Position numbers and translations under genes: made by a program. Below are positions 25,820 through 37,991 of a DNA stretch of 64,000 nucleotides, one piece after another. Origin of the DNA: Heptranchias perlo (taxonomy: Eukaryota); assembly GCF_035084215.1 (NCBI RefSeq), contig NC_090358.1:15686001-15750000 (forward strand), given 5' to 3'. The notes under the pieces are model-generated. The model was not told the origin of the DNA and searched no databases. It saw nothing but the letters and a program-made list of their open reading frames with translations. How positions within the stretch are numbered: the first letter of the stretch is position 1; each line of letters starts with the position of its first letter.

Positions 25820-26891
25820 GTAAGTACTAATACAAAGTTTGCATCTGACTGTGTCTGCCTGTCGGATATGAACCATGTTGATGGACTCAAATTTTTCTAT
25901 TAAGTAGAAAATCAGTATTCACAAATACACACAGCAGACTCCACTATCACCCATAAACACATGTTCTTTAAAAGTAAAATTGTTAGCTAAACATCAAAAA
26001 CTAATTTCTGGGGAAAAAAAAACACGAAACTTACTGATCCCATCTTCCAAACCCTCCAACAACTTTCTCCTGTATGGATCTCACATCTCTAGGGCCTTGG
26101 ACTTGCCTTCTGCTTGCTTCTTAGAGCTGAAATCCTTGGGTCCAGATATATTTTCCCAGCCTTTCTGGAGTCCAAGGGGTTTGCAACTGTGATCGTTGGG
26201 AAGCTGCCATTTTTAAACCTGGCAAAGCGCTCAAACATCTGATCTGACCATGCTCAATTTCTTTAGTGCTCCTTTGTGCCACCTGCAAGTACGCTGGCGT
26301 CTAGCTTCAGCTCATGATTCAGTCTCATCCCTGGCCTGTCCCTTCCTGTTGCTTGCGAGTACGGCACACCATTCCTGACTGCTTGCTAAATTATTCAGAA
26401 TCACTGAGCTTGAGCAGTAACCAAATAATTTCAAAATATCAAGAATTGGGTGTAGAAAACAGACTGAATGATGACTTAACTTAAATTTTCTTGCTTGACT
26501 TCTGAACTCAAATTTTCCCTGCAGTGCTCCCTCCCCCTCCCCTTCCCCCTCCCCCACCATTTGAGGGAAGGAGATACTTATGGAAGGTATGAGAAAGACG
26601 TGATGAAACAGATACAGTTAAATGAGAGAAGTGCTTGAGATCCTTGCAGAGAGAGGAGAGTAGAAGCAAGGATAGGCACGTGCACGCACGTAAAGGATTG
26701 GGTTTGGCAGCCAAGCAGAGAGATAGTTACAGAAAAATGCATTTTTCTTTATATCCATGAGCAATGCCAGGGAAGAACAACAAATTATTTAATAATTTAT
26801 CAGCATTATATTTATGTAGAGTATATTCCTCAAAATTTATCCTTTCTCCTCCAATGTGTTATCTAACACGATAAATAACACTGCCTTTCAG

Positions 26892-27075
26892 ATCAACACC
26901 ACAAATGACGAAAAAGATAGGAGCAACCCATTTAGGTTTGCAAACATTGGTGTGGAGAAATTCCTCGAACTCAATTCAGAGCAGAATCATGACGATTATT
27001 GCTTAGCCTATGTGTTCACAGATCGTGATTTTGACGATGGTGTCCTGGGACTGGCTTGGGTTGGTGCACCAGCAG
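26892..27075 (+). CDS. ADAM10: ADAM10 exon 8, metalloprotease domain
   Basis: 184 nt, AG/GT; [61 protein letters not shown]. Confidence 0.97.
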
Positions 27076-27712
27076 GTAAATGTCTGCAGACCTTGTTTCC
27101 AACAACTTGGGTTCCTTGAATTAAATGGCAAAGTCAGTAGTTACTACAACCAAGCTCCTGCTTTGACCATTGAAATGATCGAAGTATACAGCTTGGAAAT
27201 TGATGCTTTTAAAATGATGTGACCATTGATGGTGATTGTGTTTGTTAAAAAAGGAACATAAAATTTCTATTGATATTTACATTTTTCATAATATAAATGA
27301 GGAATGATATTGGTCTCTCTCCAGTTTACTCGAAGGTGACTCCCTTCTATTTCCATGTTCCTTTAATTATTAAGAGGAACTTTGGTAGCAGTTCTACCAT
27401 TAGAAAAAAGATCTGAGCTAAAATTCTAGCCTCGGTGAGGAAAATAATAAATAGAACTTAACTGTTCTGTCTCAACTATTTGTAAAGATTTAATGATGTG
27501 TTGGACTTGTGCCTCTAACATTGCCACTCATTGTGGAAACCATGGGCAGGAAGAGTTCCTTAATATGCCATGTGTAATGAAATTGTAAAGCCATTCTTTG
27601 TAATTTTATTACACATTGTGTACAAAGGAAATTGTCTCCCCATGTGAATAAATGGAGATCAATGCATATTTGGGATTGAATTGAAAAGCTGTAATCAAAC
27701 ATCCTAAACCAC

Positions 27713-28002
27713 TGTAAGGAGTCTTACAAAACCAGGTTATAGTCCAACAGCTTTATTTGAAATCACAAGCTTTCGGAGCTTTCCTCCTTCGTCAGTGCTC
27801 CCTCCCCCTCCCCTTCTCCCCTTCCCCCCCTCCCCCACCGTTTGAGGGAAGGAGATACTTATGGAAAGTATGAGAAAGACGTGGTGACGAAGGAGGAAAG
27901 CTCTGAAAGCTTGTGATTTCAAATAAAGCTGTTGGACTATAACCTGGTGTTGTAAGACTCCTTACATTTGTCCACTCCAGTCCATCACCAGCATCTCCAC
28001 AT
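27713..28002. mobile_element. Penelope-like palindrome (family P1) with 13-bp TSD and captured local DNA in the loop
   Basis: 82-bp inverted arms 27713-27794 and 27885-27966 (80/82 identical); TSD CATCCTAAACCAC at 27700-27712 and 28003-28015. Confidence 0.82.
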
Positions 28003-29525
28003 CATCCTAAACCACAGCAGTAAACCTGGAGACAGTTTTTTTTTAAAACTCTGGTTAAAATATGAAACTGTGTTGTAATCTTTAAGTTCATGCTACTTGT
28101 TTTAATTTCTGAACGCTTTATTCATCTTGAACTCTTTCCATGCTCTTAATGTGTTTGAACAGGCTTATTTTTTTAAAACTGAGGAGTAGTATTTCTTTCT
28201 CTATTTTCACACCATTTTGCAATCAGGCAGCAATGCTAAAATGTAAGGTTCCTTGCATCTGCTACATCTTTCCCTGACAGGGTAGGCAAGATGCTCCTCA
28301 ATTGGTCTGAGATGCTCTTTGGTCGCTGAAGTGGTGTAAAATTAACCCCAGGCTATTCTCTCCCTCCTTTACCTCGACAGCTTTGGTCATGTGGGGAATC
28401 ATGAATCTGCATCATACTACTCGATAATAAGTATAATAATGCTGACAGCAGCACTAAGTTGTTTGGATGATAAAAATTCAAATGACAATTTGTTACAGAC
28501 AGCCACTATTTTTGCACTGCTGTCTCTGAATATGCTGAACTACCACAATATACCAGTGCCCACATACACCCAGAAAAAGTATGTGGCAAAATAGTCATAT
28601 ATTTAGTTTCATGAAATCAAATGACAATGGATATGCAGGAACACAGTAGGCCTAAGTGAGAGATGGGGAACTGGGCTGAATTGAAGCCTCAACTTTCCTA
28701 AACTGCCTGTCCTCAATTGTAAACATAATGTACTTACCCAGGTCTTGTTACTTCTTTTAATATCCAGTAACTTCAAAAGACTGCTAGTTTTTTTTAAAAC
28801 TTGGCCGTGTTGTCCCTTTCATTCCATGAAACCATTCAATTTGTTCCATAGTAGAAATGCTGCTAAATCCTGCCAGAAAACTGTAGGTGCTGCAGCAGAA
28901 GTGGCTCGAATCCCTTGACACAGCAAAAGGGGACGAGCAGCTTTATACTTTTTATTAATGCACCAAAAAAGAAACTGTTTAGACAGTAGCCAGTGCACAT
29001 TAGTAAAGAATTGGAAATTTGGGCTTTAATGGAATGGATAACAATGAAATAAAGAAGGAGGACTAAGCAAGTGAAATACTGGCCTTGAAAATGTAGCAGA
29101 GAAAATCAAAGCTACTGAGACAACATAGAAGAGATTTAGAGGCACTTTGTTTAAAAAACAAACTGAAAGGAAAGCCAATTACAGTGCCACTCTAGAAAGT
29201 AGAAAACCTTGTGCTGAGATTTTATAGAACTTGCTATAGTGAAGTAAGAAAAAAAATTAAAGGAAACTGGATATTTATGGCCTCATATTAAAAAAAAAGG
29301 GCCAATGTACTTATACATCCAGAAAAAGGTATGCAGCAAAAATATATATCAGCCCACAGTAAAATATATGCTTCCAGCGGTGCACTACTCCAAATGGGTA
29401 CCTCCATGTGATACGTTTATTGTTTAATAAAGCCAGTAATAATGTGGGTTTAGTACCATTTGTATTATGGAAGAAACTGATTTCAAAATGAGATGGGCAA
29501 TATTGCCATTTTAAAAGAAAAACTA

Positions 29526-31699
29526 GTTGAGGTGCAGACATTGCGAGACATCAGGGAGGGAGAAAGTTACCTGGACACCTTGATCCAGGAGGCAGACACG
29601 CCCCTTAGACTAAATATTGTAGAATTGGCACGTGGTCAGGGACAGGAGGGTGTGACTGCGAGTGAGGCAGGTACGGGGATCCAGGAGGTAGCATTGAAGG
29701 AGCCTCAGCCTCTGCACCTGTCCAATAGATACAAGGTTCTTGCAGCCCTTGTGGACGAGTGCAGGGACTGCAGGGAGGATGAGCAAACTGGCCACGGCAC
29801 CATGGTTCAGGGGGCCATTCAAGTTGGGGGAGTAAAAAGGAATGTGGTTGTAGTAGGCGACAATGTAGTTAGAGGGATAGATACTATTCTCTGCAGCCAA
29901 GAGCAAGAGTCCAGAAGGCTGTGTTGCCTACCCGGTGCCAGGGTTAAGGACATCTCAGGGCTGGAGAGAAATTTGGAGTGGGAGGGGGAGGATCCAGTTG
30001 TCGTGGTCTATGTAGGTACCAACAACATAGGTAGGACTAAGAAAGAGGGTCTGCTGAGGGAGTTTGAGCAGCTAGGGGCTAAATTAAAAAGCAGAACCAC
30101 AAAGGTGGTGATCTCCAGATTATTACCTGAGCCACGAGCAAATTGGCACAGGGTAAATCAGATCAGAGAGATGAATGCGTGGCTCCAAGATTGGTGTGGG
30201 AGAAGTTGGTTTCGATTCATGGGGCACTGGCACCAGTACTGGGGAAAGAGGGGGCTGTTCCGTTGGGATGGGCTTCACCTGAACCATGCTGGGGCCAGTG
30301 TTCTGGCAAACCAAATAATTAGGGTGGTAGAGAAGGCTTTAAAATAATATAGGGGGGGAGGGGTCAGGTGGGGTGAAGTTTAGATCGATAGAGAAAAGAC
30401 AAGGAAGTAGTACAGGGAAGTGGTGGGGTTAATGATAAACAGAGTGTGTTAGGAAGTGACAGAGCGTACAAACATAAGAGTGCACTAGCAAATGGGGCCA
30501 GGGTAGGAAAGAGTGGTAAAAAGACAAAATTAAAGGTTCTTTATCTGAAGGCACGAGTATTTGTAAGATGATCGATGAACTGGCGGCACAAATAGAAACA
30601 AATGGGTATGATCTCATGGCCATTTCAGAGACGTGGTTGGGAGCTAAATATTCAGGGTTATTTAACATTTCGGAAGGATAGGAAAAAAGGTAAAGGTGGT
30701 GGGGTAGCTCGGTTAATAAAGGATGAAATTGGTATAATCGTGAGAAATGATCTTGGCTCAGAAGATCAAGATGTTGAATCAATTTGGGTGGAGGTAAGAA
30801 ATAGCAAGGGAAAGAAATCACTGGTGGGAGTAGTATATAGGCTTCCTAACAGTAGCTACACTGTAGGGCAAAATATTAATCAGGAAATAAGGGGGGCTTG
30901 TAAAAAAGGTAATGCAATAATCATGGGCAATTTTAACTTTCACATAGATTGGACAAATCAAATTGGCAAAAATAGCCCTGAGGTGGAGTGTATTGAGGAC
31001 TGTTTCTTAGACCAATATGTCGGGGAACCAGCCATTTTGGATCTGGTAATGGGTAACGAAACAGGATTAATGAATGATCTCAAAGTAAAGGATCCCTTGG
31101 GAAGCAGTGATCATAACATGATAGAATTTCACATCCAGTTTGAGAGTGAGGATCTTGGGTCTGAAACTACTTATTAAATTTAAATAAGGGCAATTATAAA
31201 GAAATGAGGGTGGAATTGGCTAAAGTGGACTGGGTAAACAGATTAGATGGTATGATGGTGGATAAGTAGTGGCAAACATTTAAAAATATATATTTTATGA
31301 CTCACAACAAAAATAGATCCCTGTTAGGAGGAAAGACTCCACAAAAAGGGTGAACCAACCATGGCTAACTAAGGAAGTAAAGGATGGTATCAGGTTAAAA
31401 GAAAAATCATACAACATGGCAAAGATTACTGGTAAGCCTGAAGATTGGGAAAACTTTAAAAACCAGCAAAGGATGACTAAAAGAATAATAGAGGGAAAAA
31501 AATAAATTGAGAATAAACTAGCAAGAAATATAAAAACTGACAGTAAAAGCTTCTACAAGTATATAAAAAGGAAGAGGGTAGCTAAAGTAAACATTGGTCC
31601 CTTAAAGGATGAGACTGGGGAAATAATGATGGAAAACAAGGAAATGGCAGAGGAATTGAACAGATATTTTGTTTCTGCTCCTATCTCTTATGGTCTTAT
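29526..31699 (+). mobile_element. CR1 LINE: ORF1 esterase + endonuclease, RT deleted, fused directly to the terminal tail
   Basis: ORF 29493-30347 VVVVGDNVVRG...VGTNNIG...DGLHLN; EN motifs; EELNRYFVS joins CTGCTCCTATCTCTTATGGTCTTAT. Confidence 0.93.
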
Positions 31700-32056
31700 T
31701 ATCCTTTTGACATCACTGGTTATTGAAAGAGCTTATTATTAAGGATTTGTTAGCATTGCTGCAGCAACAAGAAATTTAACTAGATTCCTGGTCACAATTC
31801 ATTCATTTTTTGTAATGGGATGCATTCCCTAAAAATGTTCAGGAATCTTCATTGTATGGTGTATCTGTTCTTGTCTCTCACGATACTTTCACAGGACTCC
31901 AATCCCAACAGCAAAGGATTAAAGCTAACATGCTAAGACCAATCTGAAAGTAGATGGTTTTCCATAGGTTCAGATAAAACTGTAGATTAAGACTGTTACT
32001 AGAATTTTTCTGTATTTTAGGTGCTGATTGACTCACATTCTGTTTCCCAAACATAG

Positions 32057-32220
32057 GAAGCTCTGGAGGAATCTGTGAGAAAAGCAAGCTTTATTCTGAT
32101 GGCAAGAAGAAGTCGCTGAACACTGGAATCATCACAGTTCAAAACTATGGGTCTCATGTCCCCCCCAAAGTCTCTCACATCACATTTGCTCATGAAGTGG
32201 GCCACAACTTTGGTTCTCCT
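32057..32220 (+). CDS. ADAM10: ADAM10 exon 9, zinc-binding HExxHxxGxxH motif
   Basis: 164 nt, AG/GT; [54 protein letters not shown]. Confidence 0.98.
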
Positions 32221-32297
32221 GTAAGTATTAAACCAGTATAGTCTGCCATAACTAAAATTTGGGTACTAAATCATTTTTCTTGAAATATAGGTGAGTT

Positions 32298-32353
32298 AGC
32301 ATCTTGGGACATTTTACTACATTAAAGGCACTATATAAATGCAAGTTGTTGTT
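32298..32353 (+). mobile_element. Short L2-type 3' tail
   Basis: CTTGGGACATTTTACTACATTAAAGGCACTATATAAATGCAAGTTGTTGTT, homologous to the tail at about 16610-16660. Confidence 0.6.
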
Positions 32354-32585
32354 GGATCTCCACAGATGTTTCTCATTAAGTTGAAAATTATGCTATTTTA
32401 AAATGACAGGCATGCTATACAATCCTAACACAAACTATGTTTTATCATTAGTAAGGGAGTGTTCATATCTTGATAACCCATTGTTATTGAAGAAAGCTGC
32501 ATGTTTCTAAAATGCAGCTGTTTTAACCTGGGCTATTTCTTTATGGACATGAAGTCTAACAGGAACAAACTAGAAATCTGGTCCA

Positions 32586-32716
32586 AAAACACACAATGCT
32601 GGAAACACTCAGCAGGTCAGGCAGCATCTGTGGAGAGAGAAAGGTACGGATAATGTCTCTGGTCGATGACCTTTTGTCAAAACCCTAACCCAGCATCTGC
32701 AATATTTTGCTTTTTG
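32586..32716. mobile_element. Penelope-like remnant (family P2) with 15-bp degenerate TSD
   Basis: ATGCTGGAAACACTCAGCAGGTCAGGCAGCATCTGTGGAGAGA plus inverted CCAGCATCTGCAATATTTTGC; TSD TAGAAAT(C/A)TG(G/A)TCCA at 32571-32585 and 32717-32731. Confidence 0.68.
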
Positions 32717-33371
32717 TAGAAATATGATCCATTTGCTTAACTACTCCATGCAGTTAAGTGCTGTGGACTAGCACACCCTGAGGTCAGTTATATTGATCAC
32801 AATTAGGTGAATTGTTGCTCTGGAAGTTTGTTTTAAAAAACACTTTTAAGATGTTACTTGTTCCGTTGTGACTTGTGTTATGAACATGCAATTGGGTGCA
32901 TGTGCAACCAATGCTTTGCATATGTGATACTTTGAACTGAGATGAATGTTCTAGGTGCAAGACTTGTGTATATATAAAGAAAGTATGCAAATTAATAGCA
33001 ACTTGGGTTTTTTTGCTTAAATTGGTCTAAAATATCTAGCTTTGCATCTAGTGAGCTCTCAAAAAAAAACACCTGACTCTATTAGTGAAACACTGCAAAG
33101 ATAAACGTATGAAATGCAGTTTGAGTCTTAAGGTAGAAACAGTAATTAGTAGAATGGGGAGAAAATATGAGTGTTTGTGCTACTGCTAAGGAAAGGGGAG
33201 CCTGAAAGGGTGCTTTGGGGGCCTGGAGGTCTCATGCCACACGAGTAATGAGGCATGAAAGCTGAAGATATGAAGTCTGCGGAAAGAAGTATTGGTAACT
33301 TGCCAAAAGAAAGATTCTGTCGTAAAGATGCAGCTGGCTGGAGGAAAAATCTTGGGAGGAGATCGAGGAGG

Positions 33372-33489
33372 ACTTTGAGAGTTTGAGTACACAAACCATA
33401 TGCAAATTATTTATTGCACAGCATATGGTTTGTGTACTCAAACTCTCAAAGTTTACCCTGCAGGTAACAATGGCCTGTTACCTGCAGGG
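33372..33489. repeat. Two adjacent perfect hairpins (32-bp and 14-bp stems)
   Basis: 33372-33403 pairs with 33421-33452; 33456-33469 pairs with 33476-33489. Confidence 0.93.
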
Positions 33490-34162
33490 AATGCATATAA
33501 TTGTAGAGGGCAGATGTTGAAAGCATGATACAACGGGAGCGAACAGTATATACAATATGGGGCTACCCATTATTGATGGAGTTTAGGAACAAAGTGTGCC
33601 CATCGGAACAATAAGCACATATAAAAGCAGGTGTTGGGTATGATCCTGGAATCTTCTCCATTCGGAGTACCCCCAGAGTAGTATGTGAGGGTTCTTACCT
33701 CTATTTTAGCCCCTAGTTAAGAGGAGTGAACTTCTTGAAAGACATTGTTTGACAAAATGCAGCCAGTTACAGAGCAGTGTTGGCCTAGGAGCTGGTTCCA
33801 AGCAGCACCTTTGCCAATTAATAAGGAATGGCATGAAGCTAGGTACAAAAAAACTGAATATGACAAAAGTTATACTGTAGAAACATGAAATGGATTAGGA
33901 GTTTAAAGTTGGAAAAATGGCTTACATGGATATTTATTTGACTTTTTATATAAAAAAAAATTGGATCAGCTTTTTTAACTCCCTGTAGTTTATCTTGTGG
34001 TGCTGCATCAGAAATGTTCAATGGCTTTTTGCTGGACCTTGCCCATCTGTTACATTTATCATAGTCTTTGTGTCACAAAGTACCGAGTTCACTAATGCTT
34101 ATGATTATATTACAAACTGTGAATGATATTCAGCATACTATTGTTTCTATTTATCTTCCCAG

Positions 34163-34346
34163 CATGACTCTGGTACTGAATGTACCCCAGGAGAATCCAA
34201 GTCTGGGGAGCTGAAAGAAAAGGGCAATTATATTATGTATGCACGGGCTACATCTGGTGATAAGCAGAACAACAATAAATTCTCTATCTGTAGCATTAAA
34301 AACATCAGCCAGGTCCTTGACAAGAAAAGAAACCTCTGTTTTGTTG
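34163..34346 (+). CDS. ADAM10: ADAM10 exon 10, third zinc His and Met-turn
   Basis: 184 nt, AG/GT; [61 protein letters not shown]. Confidence 0.97.
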
Positions 34347-34705
34347 GTAAGTATGAAGCAGCAGCTGAACTGAATTGGTAAACTGTACTTGTTTAAGCCT
34401 TTTTAATAGTATAATTCTTTACCAGAAATTAAAATATTAGCCAATGCCCAGCTTCTATTTGTAGGAAGCTAACTAATAATTTGTGGTGTTTTTAAATGTT
34501 CTTTTTGAGTTTGGTACTTTTGACTGTTCTCAGCTAATGAAATCTTCCTATTTCCATTTACAACACTGGGTAATATAGCACCGATTGTGTCTCTATTCAG
34601 TTCTGGTCCAGTGTTATAGCTTCAGAAATAACATCTAAATAGTTTAAATACTGCACTCATGCAGAATTTTAATGCTAACTTAGAAAATGTATTTTTTTTA
34701 AAAAG

Positions 34706-34856
34706 AATCTGGCAAACCCATTTGTGGCAATGGTTTAGTCGAAGATGGGGAGGAATGTGACTGTGGTTACAATGATCAGTGCAGAGATGAGTGCTGCTAC
34801 AATGCAAATGAGGCGGATGACAAGAAATGTAAGCTTAAACCAAACAAACAGTGCAG
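34706..34856 (+). CDS. ADAM10: ADAM10 exon 11, disintegrin domain
   Basis: 151 nt, aaaag|...|gtaag; [50 protein letters not shown]. Confidence 0.96.
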
Positions 34857-36669
34857 GTAAGCATAACATTTAAGCTTCTAGTGACATTGTGTTGAATAAT
34901 TTTATTTTGATTTTCCCTGTCTTGTCTGCACTGAAAGCCAATGCAATAATCAGGCCTCAGTGTACAGATCAGAGTGGGGCTGATTCAGTGAGGCTGCTGC
35001 AATTACAGAACTGTCTTTTGTATACAGACTTTATTAATCTGTACATTTGCGGGCAAGGAGGGAAAGAGAAGGGAATTCAATTGTGATTCAAACTTCAGTT
35101 TAAACTGTCAAGTGTCCAAATAGGGTACAGCAAGAAATCTACTGCTGAGGTCTGCCTTAAGCTGACAGATGCACTGTATATAATACAGCCTAATATTGGG
35201 GAAAACTGGTTTCATTTTTGATCTGACCCAAGCAACTGAAATAAGTTGAATTCTACTGGGTTTTTAAGTTGCTACAGCCATTCTGGCTTTGAAGCTTTAT
35301 ATCCTGGGTTTCAGTATTTGAAGTCTTGGATGTCAAGTTAAATGCATGTTTCTCCCCGTCCCTGTTTCCTGTGGTTTAATAAAATTGTAAAATCTCTGTT
35401 CACCTGTGACCCTGGATGGTGAACGTTTCATATGAATTGGTTTATTAATTGGACTCAAACATGGAAAGTTAATCCAGTGTGTATGTCTTGGTAGAATATT
35501 ACATTTACGTGTTTCAGCAGTGAATTTATCTGATACAAGGAGTAATTTAACTCCTGTATTTAGCATAACTTTGTGTTGTAGTGTCATAGCACATGTGTGA
35601 ACTTGATATCAGTGCTTTCTTGCTGCTGGTTATTTCTCAGTCTGGCTCTGCTTTCCATGGTTCATCTTCCACCAGCAACAAATAGCTCTGACTGTTGTAG
35701 GGAGCAGAGCAGACACAATACCCTCCTCACAATTTCTCCTCCCACAGCAAAATTTGAAATAAACACCAGTCTGAACCTTTACAAGTAATCCAACATATAA
35801 GATTTAATTGTAGTAGATCCTAAATTTACATAGTTAGAAGTTTTTGATGAAAAATTGGAAACATGCAGACATAAGTAATTGAGTGATGGCAAGCTACTCA
35901 GTACAGGCGGCCAGTATTTATCTTCACGTACAGTGTTGGTGATGTCTTTTGAGGAATTGAAAAATTCATTTAATTCAATCTTGCTTTGTTTAAAATTATG
36001 CAAGGGAAAGCATACTGAGTTTGGCAGGACAAAATCTCAGTGTTTGGGAACGGTCTTTGCTTCCCTATAGATGACAAAAGGAGCACTAACAAACGATAAC
36101 TGATTAATTATGCAATCCTGTCATGACCCTCCTGTAGCATTTTACCCAGGTGCATGCTGCTTTCCCCTTTGAACCATATCTTGACATTAGTCCAATGGCA
36201 TGATTGAAATACTGGCCTGAACGGCTGCACCTGATGATTTGTTGAAGTCCAAGTCTCAAGCTTTTCTGTTCTGGCCTACAGTAAAATGGAGTTGTATAGC
36301 AATTCTATTGTAAGAATCATTTTAATTCCTTCAGAAGAAACTCGGCTTGATACAAAATAGCCAGTGGTGCTCTTTCTGTTCTTTTACTAACTTCAACTAT
36401 TGTTTGGTGGAATTCATTTTGATTGAACACTAAAAGGGCATTTTTCTTTTGAAGTTTTAATGAATTTTGTGTCGACCTTCATTTGGATATCTTGGGAGGA
36501 ATGGTTATCTCTAAATATGTTTTGCAGTGGCAAAAAAAGCCAGGAAGCAAATGTAGTGATGTTAATTATTCTTTTGGGTTTATAAACATTAGATGTGATA
36601 CTTAAGATTTTTTAAGAAAAAAAAATTAGAATTAAAAATATTAATTTTTCTGCTGGCCATTTGTTCTAG

Positions 36670-36853
36670 CCCAAGTCAAGGACCATGCTGTACCAGAGGG
36701 TGCACTTTCAAATCCGCCAGTGAAAAATGTCGTAATGAGTCAGACTGTGCAAAGGAAGGGACATGTAGTGGTGGAACTGCTGCATGCCCAACATCTGATC
36801 CCAAAGACAACTTTACTCTCTGTAATAGGGGAACTCAAGTGTGCATCAAGGGG
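36670..36853 (+). CDS. ADAM10: ADAM10 exon 12, disintegrin domain
   Basis: 184 nt, AG/GT; [61 protein letters not shown]. Confidence 0.96.
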
Positions 36854-37353
36854 GTAAGTGGTCCATATTGTGTGTTTGCATCTGTATATAAATCTTAATC
36901 TGAACATGTCTGAGAGCAGTTGGAGCTACAACTTTTTTGAACAATGTTTAGTTTAGTCACCGTATATAATTGACAGGGTAGGATTTATTTATGCATATGA
37001 TTAGGTAAGATTCCTCTTGCATGAATGGTAAAGCGACTAAGTAATTTGTTTATACATTCTAAACTTTTTAAATAGTATATAGATATGAAAATAACTGTAC
37101 ATTAGAACTTTCTCGGGCATTTGACGCCAATATCTGGATAATAGCCCATAATTTCTTTCTGTTGGATCATACTGATTTCAGACTATGTGCTGTGAACTAA
37201 GTTTTAAATACCTGTTCCATGAAATGTTGGGATAAACTGCTCAGCATCACTTAATTCTTCTAATATTCTAGTAACTTTTCAATATTCAAGATACATTTTT
37301 CTTGAAATAAAAGTGATCCATAAATTTTTAGTACTCAATCTAAATAAAACCGA

Positions 37354-37883
37354 TGAAAAGCAAAAACCGTGGATGTTGGAAAGCTGAAATAAAAACAGAA
37401 AATGCTGGAAAAGCTCAGCAAGTGATGTAGCATCTATGGAGAAAGAAATAGAGCTGAACCATTACCAGCATTTGCTGCCCAAAAAAATGGGAGCTGTGGT
37501 TATGATCTGATGTTATTTCAGTAACTTCAGATCATTATCACTGCTCCCATTTTTTTCAGACAGCAAGTGCTGGTAATGGTTCTGCTGTTGCCATTTACAG
37601 CTAATCTAGACCGATCTTTTGTCTCTTGTCCCATTACCACCCTCCTTACCTTGCACAATCATCCCTTTTGTCATTTGATCACTCTTGCCCTCTATCCTAT
37701 AATAGACTTTCCCTTTTGTTCTTTCCTTCCCTCCTCTCGATCTCTTCTCCCCACGCGCCCCCCCCCCCACCCCGCCACTTTCCCTGGCTCTGTACTTACT
37801 TAAAAACTTTAACTCTTTAACATCTTCCAGTTCTGACGAAAGGTTTTCGATCTGAAACATTAACTCTATTTCTTTCCCCACAG
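37354..37883. mobile_element. Penelope-like palindromic element (family P2) with central fold-back and decayed hammerhead (+, 37829-37865)
   Basis: Inverted terminal repeat 37354-37455; fold-back 37456-37582; AGUU-CUGACGA-A-AGGU-UUUCG-AUCU-GAAACAU-U-AACU. Confidence 0.72.
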
Positions 37884-37991
37884 TATACGGTGTAAGAATT
37901 ATTCCCCTGTCGTCTGATCCATTTGCTTATCAAAGATTTGCTTTTGTAATTAAATATTTCAACTCAGTGAAGATTTAATTTTTTTTTCAAG

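Noticed and set aside
29493-30347. 284-aa SGNH/GDSL esterase ORF as a host or domesticated gene
   Set aside because: It is CR1 ORF1 followed by decayed ORF2; the ATG comes from flanking DNA and the catalytic Ser is Asn
32725-37929. Identical 15-mer TGATCCATTTGCTTA downstream of two Penelope remnants as a target-site motif
   Set aside because: Distances to the elements differ, and a few 15-nt matches are expected by chance in 64 kb of AT-rich DNA
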